A DNA stretch of 64,000 bases from Flavobacterium sp. (GCA_015665265.1 JADFAM010000033.1:2035-66034), one strand, 5' to 3'; shown: positions 8,903 through 18,579, counted from the first letter of the stretch. The notes: generated by a model from the sequence alone, not told the origin. Translations and numbers: made by a program.

Positions 8903-10753
8903 TTATTTTTTTAATTGAATTTTTGAGTTTGATTGTAGAATTTGATCAATGTAAAAATCTCCAGAAGTAGTTCCGGGACCATCAATAAAAATGACTAATC
9001 TATTGTATTTTTTTGATGAAGAAAATGAAAAACTTAATTCTTCCCATCCATTTCCAGAATGAAATGCTGAACGTTCAATGGTATTATTTTTATCACCAAT
9101 TTTTTCTAATTTAACTATTATTTCTGCTGACTGATTGGAGCGAAATGCTAATTTTATAGTATTTCCTTTTTCCAAGTCAATTGGGGATTTAAGATCTAAA
9201 TAATTTCCTTCCCAATTATTTCCTGAGTTTGTAAATACTCCTAATTTAGTTGTTGAGGTGTTATTATTAGTTGCTGGAGTCTTTTCGCTTAGTTTAAAAG
9301 ATGCTCCATTAAAAGAGGTAAACTTTAACAGTATTGGGTTATCGTCAAAAGCAAGATTAAATATCGGCAACGTTGCCTTATTCCATATAGCCTGAACAAT
9401 TGAATCTTTGTTTTTGTTTAAAATTTCAAGAGTTTTTTTGTTCTGAATTCCTTTAGCATTAGCATCTTTTAAATCAATATCATGAAAATATTTTTGCAAG
9501 AGGCTCACATTTATCCCTTCATTGTGAGGGTCAAATTGATGAATCTGTTTTAGGACATAATAGGCAGCCCTTGGATACAAGTTATAGAGACCGTTATTAT
9601 TTGTTGGCCCTTTAGCGCAAATTCCAAACCATTCTTCATTCATATTATTCTCACCCATTAAAAAATCAGAGGGATATCCACCATTTGCCCAAGTAGAAAC
9701 AGTGTCATGTTTGGACACATTCTTCCTGTTATTAAAATCATATTTCCACCAACCATCACTAAATTGAAAGGTAAAACCTCCAATAGTATTCTCATACATC
9801 CCCATTCCAGCTGCGTTTTCGTATATTTCTTTCCAGTTTTTAAGTAGATAATTAGCCTGAGACTTTTGGTCTTCAGAGTTTGTGACTGCATTAAAAGCAT
9901 CTGCTCCAAATTCTGTAAATAGAAGGGGTTTATCCAACGTTTCTTTTACGTTTTTGAATAGGTCAGTAAATGAAGCTCCTCTATAGGAGTTCACCCCAAA
10001 AATGTCAATTTCTTTGCATTCTTGAGCTATTATTTCAATGAAAAGATCGTCTCCATTACAAATGGCTACAAGATGATTAGTGTCTAATTCCTTTATTTTT
10101 TTTGAAGCTGTATTCATTAAACGATACATAGGCCTGCCATACTTTTCTCCAACAGCCATTTTTTCGGTCTCTTCCTCAGGAAAGTCCTCAGTTTCTGCTC
10201 CAGACCAAAAAAGCCCATAATTATTTTCATTTCCAAGTAAATACAATAATAGGCCAGGGGTGTTTTTGTAATTTCTAACCATCATTTCAATTTCTGACAA
10301 TAAAATCTTTTGCATCTTAGGGTTTGAGTAATCTGTAATTGGATTCCATTCTCCATCTACAGACATACCATATCTTCCAAAAGGGTGGTTTATCATTGTG
10401 TGAATTCCATAGTTTTCATAAATGTATTGAACCCATTTTGCAGGAATACCCGAATAATGACGTATTGCGTTTACATTCATATCTCTTAATAAAGACATTT
10501 CATGTTCTAACCCTAATTTTATAATCTCGTCTGAATTATCCCAAAAACTAGCACTAACAGCGTCTTTTCCAATAGGTATAACATCCCAATTAACCCCTTT
10601 AATCATGAAATTTTTTCCATCAACCTTAAGAGTAAAACCATCGTAGGATTTGTTAATAGAAACTTTTTCAGTTTGAGATAAAACCGAAAGTGTTCCTGCA
10701 AATAATACAAGAATCAACTGAAAAATTTTTTTATCTAAAAATTTTAATTTCAT
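8903..10753 (-). CDS. Secreted clan GH-A (beta/alpha)8 glycoside hydrolase (GH2/GH5/GH158-like) with a C-terminal CBM-like module
   Basis: Start moved to MKLKFLDKK (ATG at 10751-10753), which gives a signal peptide ending SVLSQ. Clan A motifs are LLGNENNYG (acid/base) and LLFTEFGADAF (nucleophile). The last 152 aa (8903-9361) are collinear with the C-terminal module of the SGBP at 12951-13397. Confidence 0.6.
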   Translation of the reverse strand: MKLKFLDKKIFQLILVLFAGTLSVLSQTEKVSINKSYDGFTLKVDGKNFMIKGVNWDVIPIGKDAVSASFWDNSDEIIKLGLEHEMSLLRDMNVNAIRHYSGIPAKWVQYIYENYGIHTMINHPFGRYGMSVDGEWNPITDYSNPKMQKILLSEIEMMVRNYKNTPGLLLYLLGNENNYGLFWSGAETEDFPEEETEKMAVGEKYGRPMYRLMNTASKKIKELDTNHLVAICNGDDLFIEIIAQECKEIDIFGVNSYRGASFTDLFKNVKETLDKPLLFTEFGADAFNAVTNSEDQKSQANYLLKNWKEIYENAAGMGMYENTIGGFTFQFSDGWWKYDFNNRKNVSKHDTVSTWANGGYPSDFLMGENNMNEEWFGICAKGPTNNNGLYNLYPRAAYYVLKQIHQFDPHNEGINVSLLQKYFHDIDLKDANAKGIQNKKTLEILNKNKDSIVQAIWNKATLPIFNLAFDDNPILLKFTSFNGASFKLSEKTPATNNNTSTTKLGVFTNSGNNWEGNYLDLKSPIDLEKGNTIKLAFRSNQSAEIIVKLEKIGDKNNTIERSAFHSGNGWEELSFSFSSSKKYNRLVIFIDGPGTTSGDFYIDQILQSNSKIQLKK

Positions 10754-10970
10754 TTCATAACAAATTTCATAAAAAATGATCAAATGCTAATTTAATAGTA
10801 TCTTTTTATCTTTCAGAAAATAAAACCTCTACAAAAATCATACAAACATTACACGTAAGTATTAGGTATCTGTTCAAAATATTCTTTTATTGATGAAACC
10901 CTTTTAACAATGGGGAAACCTGAAATGAAATCTAATAGTTTTACAGGTAAATTAGAGTTGCTGTTGTAGT

Positions 10971-11002
10971 ATTGTATAGGTGAAATGATAAATTGTATAG
11001 TT
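10971..11002. repeat. Two direct copies of ATTGTATAG (10971-10979 and 10992-11000), 21 bp apart; the second extends to ATTGTATAGTT
   Basis: Read directly from attgtataggtgaaatgataaattgtatagtt. The same 11-mer occurs at 18762-18772, and TGTATAGTT occurs at 217-225 (minus). All copies lie in PUL intergenic DNA. Confidence 0.5.
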
Positions 11003-11097
11003 AATAGTATTTATTCTATTATTTTTAACAGACTATTACTCATAAAAGCAGAGCTTTTACTGCTATTATTTTCATAATATTAAGGTCCGAAAAATTG

Positions 11098-11133
11098 AAA
11101 AAGTCTTGAATACTCTAGTATTCAAGACTTTTT
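11098..11133 (-). terminator. Rho-independent terminator after the GH16 gene
   Basis: Perfect 13-bp stem aagtcttgaatac/gtattcaagactt with loop tcta, extended by A:T pairs. On the minus strand it is followed by a tttt-caattttt run. It lies 50 nt past the GH16 stop. Confidence 0.8.
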
Positions 11134-11182
11134 TAATAGGGTTACATTATTAATCTATAATGCTATATTGTTTGACAACAAT

Positions 11183-12940
11183 TTATTGAAAAACTTTAAT
11201 ATAATCTATTTCCATTGTATCCTGAGTAAATGCAGGATCGATATCTCCACCATTAGTTCCTCCCATGGCTATGTTTAAAATTAAGTAGAAATCTGCATTA
11301 AACGGTAAGTCTGCAGAATTTGGTAATTCATAATACTTAACATCATCTAAAAATATCTTAATAGCTCCTTCAGTCCATTCTACAGTGTATAAGTGAAATT
11401 CCGTGGAAGGGTTTTCTATTGAAGTGATTTCACCATAACTTGCATTATTTGATCCTGCTGTATTATACCAGTGGCATGTACCTTCTACATATGTTTTATC
11501 GTTTCCTCTTTGTTCCATAATATCTACTTCCCCAGAGAAAGGCCATCCGACAGTTGGGTGATTAGATCCTAACATCCAAATAGCTGGCCAGGTTCCTTGT
11601 GCAGAGGGAAGTTTTGCCCTCACTTCAACTCTACCATAAGTAAAGTTATATAACCCTTGAGTTTTTATTCTAGCAGAAGTATAATCATTTCCTTCTTTTT
11701 TTGCTGTGATTTTTAAGGATCCACTCTCAACAATTACATTTTCTTCATTATTCGTGTAACTTTGTTCTTCTTGATTACCCCATCCAACATTGCCAAACAT
11801 ATCAGTAGTCCCTAAATCATAAGTCCACTTAGTCGAATCTGGTGTGCCATCTGTATTAAAATCATCTTCCCAAACTAAGTCTGTGAACACATACTCATCA
11901 TCTGAGACCCCACCATTAGGAGCCGATGTAAACTTATGATACCATGCTAAATTTGGATCTGCAGCATCTAATGTTCTAACATATAAATCTGTTTCTGAAA
12001 TTTGAATTATCTCATAACTTGAGGAACCAACATAGTAACCCATAAATCCAGAGTCAGAAAAATTCATTTGAGTCCCTCTTGATTCAAAACTTGGATCTGC
12101 TACCAGACTCCAATCTTCAGAGCCAGGCGCAAAAGATACGTTACTAACCATTGAAGTATCAAAATCCAGACATGCATCACCTCCGCCTGCACCTCCAGCT
12201 ACAGCTTGATGATCAGGGTTTCCGTTAAAGAAAGTTGTTCCTTTATTATCCAATAGATAATTCATGCTACCATCAGGATTTAATGTAAAGATTAGTTCGT
12301 CATTACATAAACACTCTCCTGCACCACCACAAAAAGTACCTGGTGGTGCTGCATAGAAACTTGGATAGTAATATTCTCTAGGGGTACCATAAATTTCAAT
12401 ATCAAATTCTAAAGAAGGTCCAACACCTAGGTGACCAGTTTTAGAATCATCTAAGTACCATATTTTAGTGGCAGGTGAACTAATTTCTATGATGTCTACA
12501 CCATCTATGTCTTGACTAATTGGTGCTCCAGATAAGAAAGATCTTGCTTCAATATCGTCAAATGCACTAAAGACCTCGACATTTATAGATTTAGATGAGG
12601 TAACTCCACCAAGACCAGAAGCTGTTACTGTTACATTGTAAGAGCTTAAACCAGTTCTGGTAAATCTATGACTTGAGTTTCCGCTAGGGGCTGATGTATT
12701 GTCTGTATTATCTCCAAAACTATAAATATAAGTTATGGCATTATCTGCAGTAGCAGAGAAATTAACAATTCCTGAGCCATCACCGTTTGGATTATTGTCA
12801 TCTTGTCCAATAATCTCAAAATTTAGAGTAATATTAGTTGGAGGAATTAAATTTCCAAATTCTTTATTTTCCTCTTGACAACCTAAAAATGTAAAAACTG
12901 TTAGAAATAACATTGTTTTTATATAATTGACTTTTTTCAT
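11183..12940 (-). CDS. GH16 laminarinase (endo-beta-1,3-glucanase) lipoprotein with N-terminal PKD-like domain and an uncharacterised Cys-containing middle module
   Basis: 585 aa. Lipoprotein signal FLGC-QEEN. The GH16 catalytic motif ExDxxE is present as GEVDIMEQ, preceded by WPAIWMLG. The PKD-like segment is FSATADNAITYIYSFGDN...YNVTVTASG. Confidence 0.85.
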   Translation of the reverse strand: MKKVNYIKTMLFLTVFTFLGCQEENKEFGNLIPPTNITLNFEIIGQDDNNPNGDGSGIVNFSATADNAITYIYSFGDNTDNTSAPSGNSSHRFTRTGLSSYNVTVTASGLGGVTSSKSINVEVFSAFDDIEARSFLSGAPISQDIDGVDIIEISSPATKIWYLDDSKTGHLGVGPSLEFDIEIYGTPREYYYPSFYAAPPGTFCGGAGECLCNDELIFTLNPDGSMNYLLDNKGTTFFNGNPDHQAVAGGAGGGDACLDFDTSMVSNVSFAPGSEDWSLVADPSFESRGTQMNFSDSGFMGYYVGSSSYEIIQISETDLYVRTLDAADPNLAWYHKFTSAPNGGVSDDEYVFTDLVWEDDFNTDGTPDSTKWTYDLGTTDMFGNVGWGNQEEQSYTNNEENVIVESGSLKITAKKEGNDYTSARIKTQGLYNFTYGRVEVRAKLPSAQGTWPAIWMLGSNHPTVGWPFSGEVDIMEQRGNDKTYVEGTCHWYNTAGSNNASYGEITSIENPSTEFHLYTVEWTEGAIKIFLDDVKYYELPNSADLPFNADFYLILNIAMGGTNGGDIDPAFTQDTMEIDYIKVFQ

Positions 12941-12950
12941 TCTTAAAGTT

Positions 12951-14015
12951 TTAGTTTGTTAGTTTTAATTCATCAAAATAATATACGGTATCATCTCCTT
13001 GATTTCCAAAGTCAAAAAACACCAGAACTTTTACATAATCTGCAATTGGTGCAGCACTAAAATCATAACTAAGCTCTTCCCAAGAACTCGAAGTTGTTGT
13101 ATTAGCATCAACCTGGTATGAAGAAGAAGCATTGCTGTTTTGAAGAACAATCTTAACAACAGCTCCTATTTTAGGTGACCACGTTTTTATTTTCAGTGTT
13201 GAGTTATTAACTAAATCCATTGGAGAACTAATTGTAAATAAAGATCCCGCAAAAGTATTCGCACCTGTGGGTTTTGTGAATTTAACAACTTTTAATGTTG
13301 GATTATTTTCTGACTGATCTGGATTTGTAATCACTTCCGATGAACCATTTCCAAAATTCAAGAATAATACCCCGCCATTTTCAAAATTTTGAATGAAATT
13401 TATTGCTTTAACTTCTAATTCTAATGAATACTCAGTTGTAGCTATCGCATCACCTATTGCAACTATTTTAGCATTGTATGTTCCAGCATCTAAATATTGA
13501 TAGGAAATTGGTTCTCCAATATTTGTTGTAGCTACGGGTTGTTCAACTCCAGTTTCACCAGAGTAAAATTCATAAGTAGTTGCAAAATCAGCATTAGCAA
13601 TAATATTAACTTTTTTAGAGGTATAATTATCATTTTCTATGACAACGTCTAGGTTTTGAGGAGCTATAAAAGTCACAACTAAATTTTCATCAACTTGAGT
13701 AAAGTCACCTACTAAGTTGAAAGCCGTAATGGATATAGTATAACTTCCTTCGGAATAAATATTTTCTGTACTCTCACCTGAGTTTAAAGTAATTATTTGT
13801 GACCCATCACCTAAATTTAATTCAAAGATAGTGGCACTTTCTCCATAAGGAGTTATTGTAACAAGGCCAGAGTTGTCTTGACTAATATCAAATAAGGCGC
13901 TTACGTTTGAGGGTATTGCTACCTCCTCTAGAAATCCTATATCTCTACTATCTGTACAACTTATAATCATGATCATGATTAAAATTGACTTGTATATTTT
14001 TTTAACGTTTTTCAT
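12951..14015 (-). CDS. Surface glycan-binding lipoprotein (SGBP-like): two PKD/Ig-like repeats plus a C-terminal CBM-like module
   Basis: 354 aa. Lipoprotein signal IISC-TDSRD. It sits immediately downstream of susD, the usual SGBP position. It has two ~85-aa Ig-like repeats, and its C-terminal 148 aa are homologous to the tail of the 8903-10753 product. Confidence 0.65.
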   Translation of the reverse strand: MKNVKKIYKSILIMIMIISCTDSRDIGFLEEVAIPSNVSALFDISQDNSGLVTITPYGESATIFELNLGDGSQIITLNSGESTENIYSEGSYTISITAFNLVGDFTQVDENLVVTFIAPQNLDVVIENDNYTSKKVNIIANADFATTYEFYSGETGVEQPVATTNIGEPISYQYLDAGTYNAKIVAIGDAIATTEYSLELEVKAINFIQNFENGGVLFLNFGNGSSEVITNPDQSENNPTLKVVKFTKPTGANTFAGSLFTISSPMDLVNNSTLKIKTWSPKIGAVVKIVLQNSNASSSYQVDANTTTSSSWEELSYDFSAAPIADYVKVLVFFDFGNQGDDTVYYFDELKLTN

Positions 14016-14027
14016 CGTATGTATTTT

Positions 14028-15509
14028 TTAATATCCTGGATTTTGAGCCCACACATTACCTGCTAATTGAATTTCAATAGCTGGAATAGGGAATAATTCA
14101 TGTTTACCTTCTTGAAAGCCATTAATTTCTTGAGCTGCTTTTCCGGTTCTAACTAAATCAAAAAAGCGGTGTCCCTCTCCAACTAATTCTAATCTTCTTT
14201 CAAGATAAATAGCATTTGTAAGTGACGATCCCGAAGCTGTAACGTCATGCAGTTCGTCTCCGAAAGCACGTCTTCTTACCTGATTAAGATACTCTTGTGC
14301 TTTAGATTCGTTAAGACCTCCTCTGTTATTTGCTTCAGCTGCCATCAACAATACATCTGCGTAACGGATTGCTCTGTAATTATTTGGGTTTGTTAAATTT
14401 AAGTCAGGTAAAGCATTACTGCTTCTAGTTCTAGGAATATACTTTCTGTTAAAATATCCAGTATGCTCATTTCCAGTTCCAAAAGTAGCTCCAGTAGAGG
14501 CCGCCCAGGCATTAATATCCAAAATAGCAATATCTCTTCTTTGATCGTCATTATCAAAAGCATCATATGCTTCTTGAACCGGAACATTGAAACTAAAACC
14601 GGATGTGAAATCTGGTCCTTCATAATTTCGAATTCCACTAAAACCAACAGCAACATTACCCTCACTACATTGAAGACATCCAAAACCGGCCCCTTCAACA
14701 TCCGTATATTGAATCTCAAAAACAGATTCAACATTATTCTCTCCGTCCTCTTCAAAAATTGTGTTATAATCTGTAACTAAACTATATGTTCCAGACTGTA
14801 TCAAAGCCTCTAGTACTTGAGCCGCTTCACTAAATTTATCTTGATATAAATAAGCTTTTCCTAACAATGCTTGAGCAGCCCCTTTTGTTACTCTTCCGGC
14901 TTCTGTTTGAACTGAAGGAAGATTATCTGATGCAAACATTAAATCTTGTTCTATAAGACTGTATACCTCAGAAGCAGGACTTCTTTCATAACTACTTTCT
15001 TCTCCAAATAGAATCTGTTTGTCGATTGCTAAAGGAACATCACCAAACCACTTTACCAATTCAAAATAATAGTAAGCTCTTAAAAAACGAGCTTGAGCAA
15101 TGATTTGATTTTTTCCAGAGAAGTCTATTTTATCTTGAAACTCTAGGATAAAGTTGGTTCTATTTATCCCTGCAAACATTAAACCCCAAATACCTCTAAG
15201 GTCATTATTCACAGGAGTATGTATCATATCATCAATTTCTTGAATTCCAATAACATCAGTTGCACTTTCACCACCAGCCAATGTATTGTCTGAAGCAATT
15301 TCACCTAACATCGCATTTATCCATGTTGATTGTAATAAATCATAAGCACCAATTAATGCGTTTTGATAATCTTCTTCTGAATTAAAAAAGTCTTCAGAGG
15401 TAACATCGTTAGAATCTACATTTACAAAATCGTCACTACAAGCTGTAAACGCAGTGAGAGAGATAATAATCATTGATATTTTTATGTATAATTTTTTCAT
15501 TTTTTTCAT
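14028..15509 (-). CDS. susD: SusD/RagB-family outer-membrane glycan-binding lipoprotein
   Basis: Start trimmed to MKKMKKLY (15507-15509), 1 nt after the susC stop. Lipoprotein Cys with acidic tail (FTAC-SDDF). TPR-like helical content and a C-terminal ...WAQNPGY are typical of SusD. Confidence 0.85.
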   Translation of the reverse strand: MKKMKKLYIKISMIIISLTAFTACSDDFVNVDSNDVTSEDFFNSEEDYQNALIGAYDLLQSTWINAMLGEIASDNTLAGGESATDVIGIQEIDDMIHTPVNNDLRGIWGLMFAGINRTNFILEFQDKIDFSGKNQIIAQARFLRAYYYFELVKWFGDVPLAIDKQILFGEESSYERSPASEVYSLIEQDLMFASDNLPSVQTEAGRVTKGAAQALLGKAYLYQDKFSEAAQVLEALIQSGTYSLVTDYNTIFEEDGENNVESVFEIQYTDVEGAGFGCLQCSEGNVAVGFSGIRNYEGPDFTSGFSFNVPVQEAYDAFDNDDQRRDIAILDINAWAASTGATFGTGNEHTGYFNRKYIPRTRSSNALPDLNLTNPNNYRAIRYADVLLMAAEANNRGGLNESKAQEYLNQVRRRAFGDELHDVTASGSSLTNAIYLERRLELVGEGHRFFDLVRTGKAAQEINGFQEGKHELFPIPAIEIQLAGNVWAQNPGY

Positions 15510-15510
15510 T

Positions 15511-18500
15511 TTAAAAATTAACATTAAACCCTATTAAAAAAGTTTTTGGAGATGGGTAAAATCCTTGGTCTATACCTCCTCCAATTGGAGCTCCATTTGA
15601 GGTAGTTGGATCAAATCCTTTATATTTTGTTAGGGTAACTAAATTACTTGCAGACAAGTAAAAACGTAACTTATCTATACCTGTTCCCATTAAACTATCA
15701 TCGCTAAATGTATATCCTAATTGAATATTTTGTAATCTCGCAAATGAGCCATCTTCTACATAAAAATCTGAAAAAAGAGTATTGCTAGTTGAACCGGTAG
15801 TCACTCTTGGGAAAGTTGTACTTGTTCCTTCTCCAGTCCATCTATCTAAGAAATAAACCGATCTATTTGTAAGAGGCTGGTTTCGTTCATAATTTCTAAC
15901 AATTTCATTTCCAATAGATGCAAAAGCATACATGTTAAAATCAAAGCTTTTGTAATCAAAAGATAAGTTTAGCCCCATAGTTATACTTGGTATAGGATCA
16001 CCAATATTAATTCTATCATCTCCATTTATTAACCCATCTTCATTTTGATCTACAAATCGGATGTCTCCAGGATTAGCATTAGCTTGAGTTGCATGAGCAT
16101 CTACTTCAGCTTGATTTTGAAAGATGCCATTTGTTTGCAACCCATAGAAATATCCTATTGGAAAGCCAGCCTCCATTCTTGAGGGTGGGTCTTGACCAAC
16201 ACCAAAACTTCCACCTTGAAGTATTCCGGTGTCACTACCTACATATAACACTTCATTTTTAAGTGTTGTAAAATTATAGTTGAGGTTAAATTTAAAATCT
16301 TCCCCAATGGTTTCCTTATAGTTGATGGAAAATTCAATTCCCTCATTTTCAACAGTACCTGCATTTACTAATGGGCCACCAGATCCTGGAGCTGTTGCCC
16401 CTAGAATTCCTGAAACTTCAGGTTGTACTAATAAATCTTCTGTTTTCTTATTGAAATAATCTACTGTAATATCTACTTTATCAAAAAGCCCAATATCAAC
16501 TCCTACATCAAATGGTTTTTGTTTCTCCCATCGTATTTCAGGATTTGCTATAGATCCTAAAGCTTGTCCGAAGCTAAGTTGGTTGTTAAAGACATAAACA
16601 CCTTCACCGTTTACTAATGATAAAAATCTAAAAGATTGAATCCGATCATTTCCAATAACTCCATAACTAGCTCTTAATTTCAAGAAATTAATAGTAGAGC
16701 TATCTTCAAGAAAAGATTCGTCAGAAGCAATCCATCCAACAGAACCTGTAGGGAAAAATCCAAATTTATTTTGTGGGCCAAAATTTGAGGATCCATCTCT
16801 TCTTATCACAGCAGATAAAAGATACTTTCCGTCAAAAGAATATTGTAATCTTGAAAAATAGGATAATAGTCTGCTGTCAAAAAAACGTCTAGACCTATTT
16901 GCAAGTGCTAGGTTATCTTGAGAACTATCTGAACTTGCAACTGAATACTGACTGAATGAAGTTCCATTAGCGCCTATCCCTAGTTCGTTTCTTAGATTTA
17001 CGCCTTGAGACCTAAAAACAGACATTCCAAACAGTGCTTTAACATCATGGACATCATTAAAAATTCTCTCATACTTTATAAATGAGTCAAACGTGTAATC
17101 TTTAAATTCTTGTTTAGATTCACCTACACTAGTGCTGTTTACATCATCTGTAAGAGCAGCCAAATTATTAACTGAATTAAAGACTTTCCCGCCCCCATAA
17201 TACACCTCTGGAGCATAATATTTTGAATTTACCGCAGCATAATTAAATTGAAATCTAGACTCTACGCTTAGGTAATCTATTATTTTATAATTAAGACCAT
17301 ATCCTCCTGAAAATTTATCAACAATTGCTTCATTAAATGTATTTTCTGTTTGAGCAATTGGATTAATTACCTCAATACCAACTCCAGTAGTAGGTGCTAA
17401 TGAATAAGCCCCAAGATCATCTTTAACAGATGTAGTTGCAGGCATGTTTAATGCGTTAAATAGTACAGATCCTAAAGCATTTTCAGACAAAGACTTTCTT
17501 TTTGTATTTGTAAATATGGATGATGTTGTTAATTTTAGGTTTTTTAAAATTTCAGTACTAAAGTTAAACTTCAAAGTAGTTCTTTTAAAGTTTGATTTAC
17601 CAGCACCAACAATTCCGTATTGGTCTAGGTGAGAAGCCCCTAAAGAGTAGGAAGATTTCTCAGTTCCTTTATTGATTGTAAAATCCATACTGCGAACTAA
17701 TGCATTTTTAAATACTTCGTCCTGCCAGTCAGTTCCTTCTCCCAAAGAACCTACATTAGGGAAAGGGATGGTTTCTGCATTTGCAGCAAAAGCTTCATTA
17801 GCTAATAATGCATATTCTGTAGCATTAAGTAAAGGAATTTTCCTGGTTGTTTGTTGAAAACCAGTGTAGTAATTTAATACTACTTTAAAGTCAGTATCTT
17901 TTCGACCTGATTTTGTGGTAATTAAAATAACACCATTTGCACCTCTTACACCATAGATTCCAGCAGTAGCATCTTTTAAAACGTTGATTGATTCAATATC
18001 TGAAGGGTTGACCACACTCAAGTCTTCAATAACATTACCATCAACCAAAATAAGAGGATTGTTGTTCCCGTTTGTTGAGATACCTCTAATACGAATGTTA
18101 GACGCTGCACCAGGTGCACCAGACGAAGCTGTAATGTTAACACCAGCAACTTGCCCTTGAAGAGCTTGTTCTATTCGAGTTGGTTTTAAATTTTCAATAG
18201 TTTCACTACCTACAACAGATACGGCTCCTGTAACTTCTTTTTTTCGTTGAGTACCGTAACCAATGACAACAATTTCATCTAAAGCTTCAGAGCTTTCTTC
18301 TAAGGAAGTGCTAATAGTTTCTTTATCTACAACTACCTCTTTAGTTTGGTATCCTAAATAACTAAACACTAGAATAGAGCCTTTGGGAACAGCGGAAATT
18401 TTGTAATTACCATCAAAATCTGTGACGTCTCCTTTTTGGGAGTTCTTTACAATAACATTTACTCCTGGGAGAGTTTCTCCTGTAACCGCATCAGTAACTA

Positions 18501-18579
18501 CACCCTTGACATTAAAATTCTGAGCAAAGCCTAAATTAGTAATAAAAGTAAATGAAATTAGAATTATGAGTTTTCTCAT
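15511..18579 (-). CDS. susC: SusC/RagA-family TonB-dependent outer-membrane transporter
   Basis: 1022 aa. N-terminal carboxypeptidase-regulatory-like domain (VKGVVTDAVTGETLPGVNVIV), TonB-box region DEIVVIGYGTQ, a plug plus a large barrel, and a terminal aromatic residue (…GFNVNF). Confidence 0.9.
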   Translation of the reverse strand: MRKLIILISFTFITNLGFAQNFNVKGVVTDAVTGETLPGVNVIVKNSQKGDVTDFDGNYKISAVPKGSILVFSYLGYQTKEVVVDKETISTSLEESSEALDEIVVIGYGTQRKKEVTGAVSVVGSETIENLKPTRIEQALQGQVAGVNITASSGAPGAASNIRIRGISTNGNNNPLILVDGNVIEDLSVVNPSDIESINVLKDATAGIYGVRGANGVILITTKSGRKDTDFKVVLNYYTGFQQTTRKIPLLNATEYALLANEAFAANAETIPFPNVGSLGEGTDWQDEVFKNALVRSMDFTINKGTEKSSYSLGASHLDQYGIVGAGKSNFKRTTLKFNFSTEILKNLKLTTSSIFTNTKRKSLSENALGSVLFNALNMPATTSVKDDLGAYSLAPTTGVGIEVINPIAQTENTFNEAIVDKFSGGYGLNYKIIDYLSVESRFQFNYAAVNSKYYAPEVYYGGGKVFNSVNNLAALTDDVNSTSVGESKQEFKDYTFDSFIKYERIFNDVHDVKALFGMSVFRSQGVNLRNELGIGANGTSFSQYSVASSDSSQDNLALANRSRRFFDSRLLSYFSRLQYSFDGKYLLSAVIRRDGSSNFGPQNKFGFFPTGSVGWIASDESFLEDSSTINFLKLRASYGVIGNDRIQSFRFLSLVNGEGVYVFNNQLSFGQALGSIANPEIRWEKQKPFDVGVDIGLFDKVDITVDYFNKKTEDLLVQPEVSGILGATAPGSGGPLVNAGTVENEGIEFSINYKETIGEDFKFNLNYNFTTLKNEVLYVGSDTGILQGGSFGVGQDPPSRMEAGFPIGYFYGLQTNGIFQNQAEVDAHATQANANPGDIRFVDQNEDGLINGDDRINIGDPIPSITMGLNLSFDYKSFDFNMYAFASIGNEIVRNYERNQPLTNRSVYFLDRWTGEGTSTTFPRVTTGSTSNTLFSDFYVEDGSFARLQNIQLGYTFSDDSLMGTGIDKLRFYLSASNLVTLTKYKGFDPTTSNGAPIGGGIDQGFYPSPKTFLIGFNVNF

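Noticed and set aside
10754-10783. N-terminal over-extensions of track ORFs. These are 10783 for the GH-A gene, 30062 for metG, 30019 for ldcA, 33210 for yraN, 34977 for the SDR, 36214 for the TBDR, 51474 for the HD gene, 51923 for the bacilliredoxin, 15524 for susD and 59392 for the MORN gene
   Set aside because: In each case an internal ATG gives a canonical N-terminus: a signal peptide, or the family-typical start such as [24 protein letters not shown] for MetG. The extension overlaps the neighbouring gene, a promoter box or a hairpin.
10985-11077. 30-aa hydrophobic ORF (MINCIVNSIYSIIFNRLLLIKAELLLLLFS) on the plus strand of the PUL spacer
   Set aside because: It lies opposite to the operon direction, has no promoter box, and has the low-complexity composition expected from AT-rich DNA. 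It overlaps the repeat motifs, which are the more plausible function of this DNA.
14399-14780. Two overlapping ORFs (118 aa on minus, 105 aa on plus) inside susD
   Set aside because: Both are alternative frames of the SusD gene with low-complexity translations, and SusD family features support the annotated frame.
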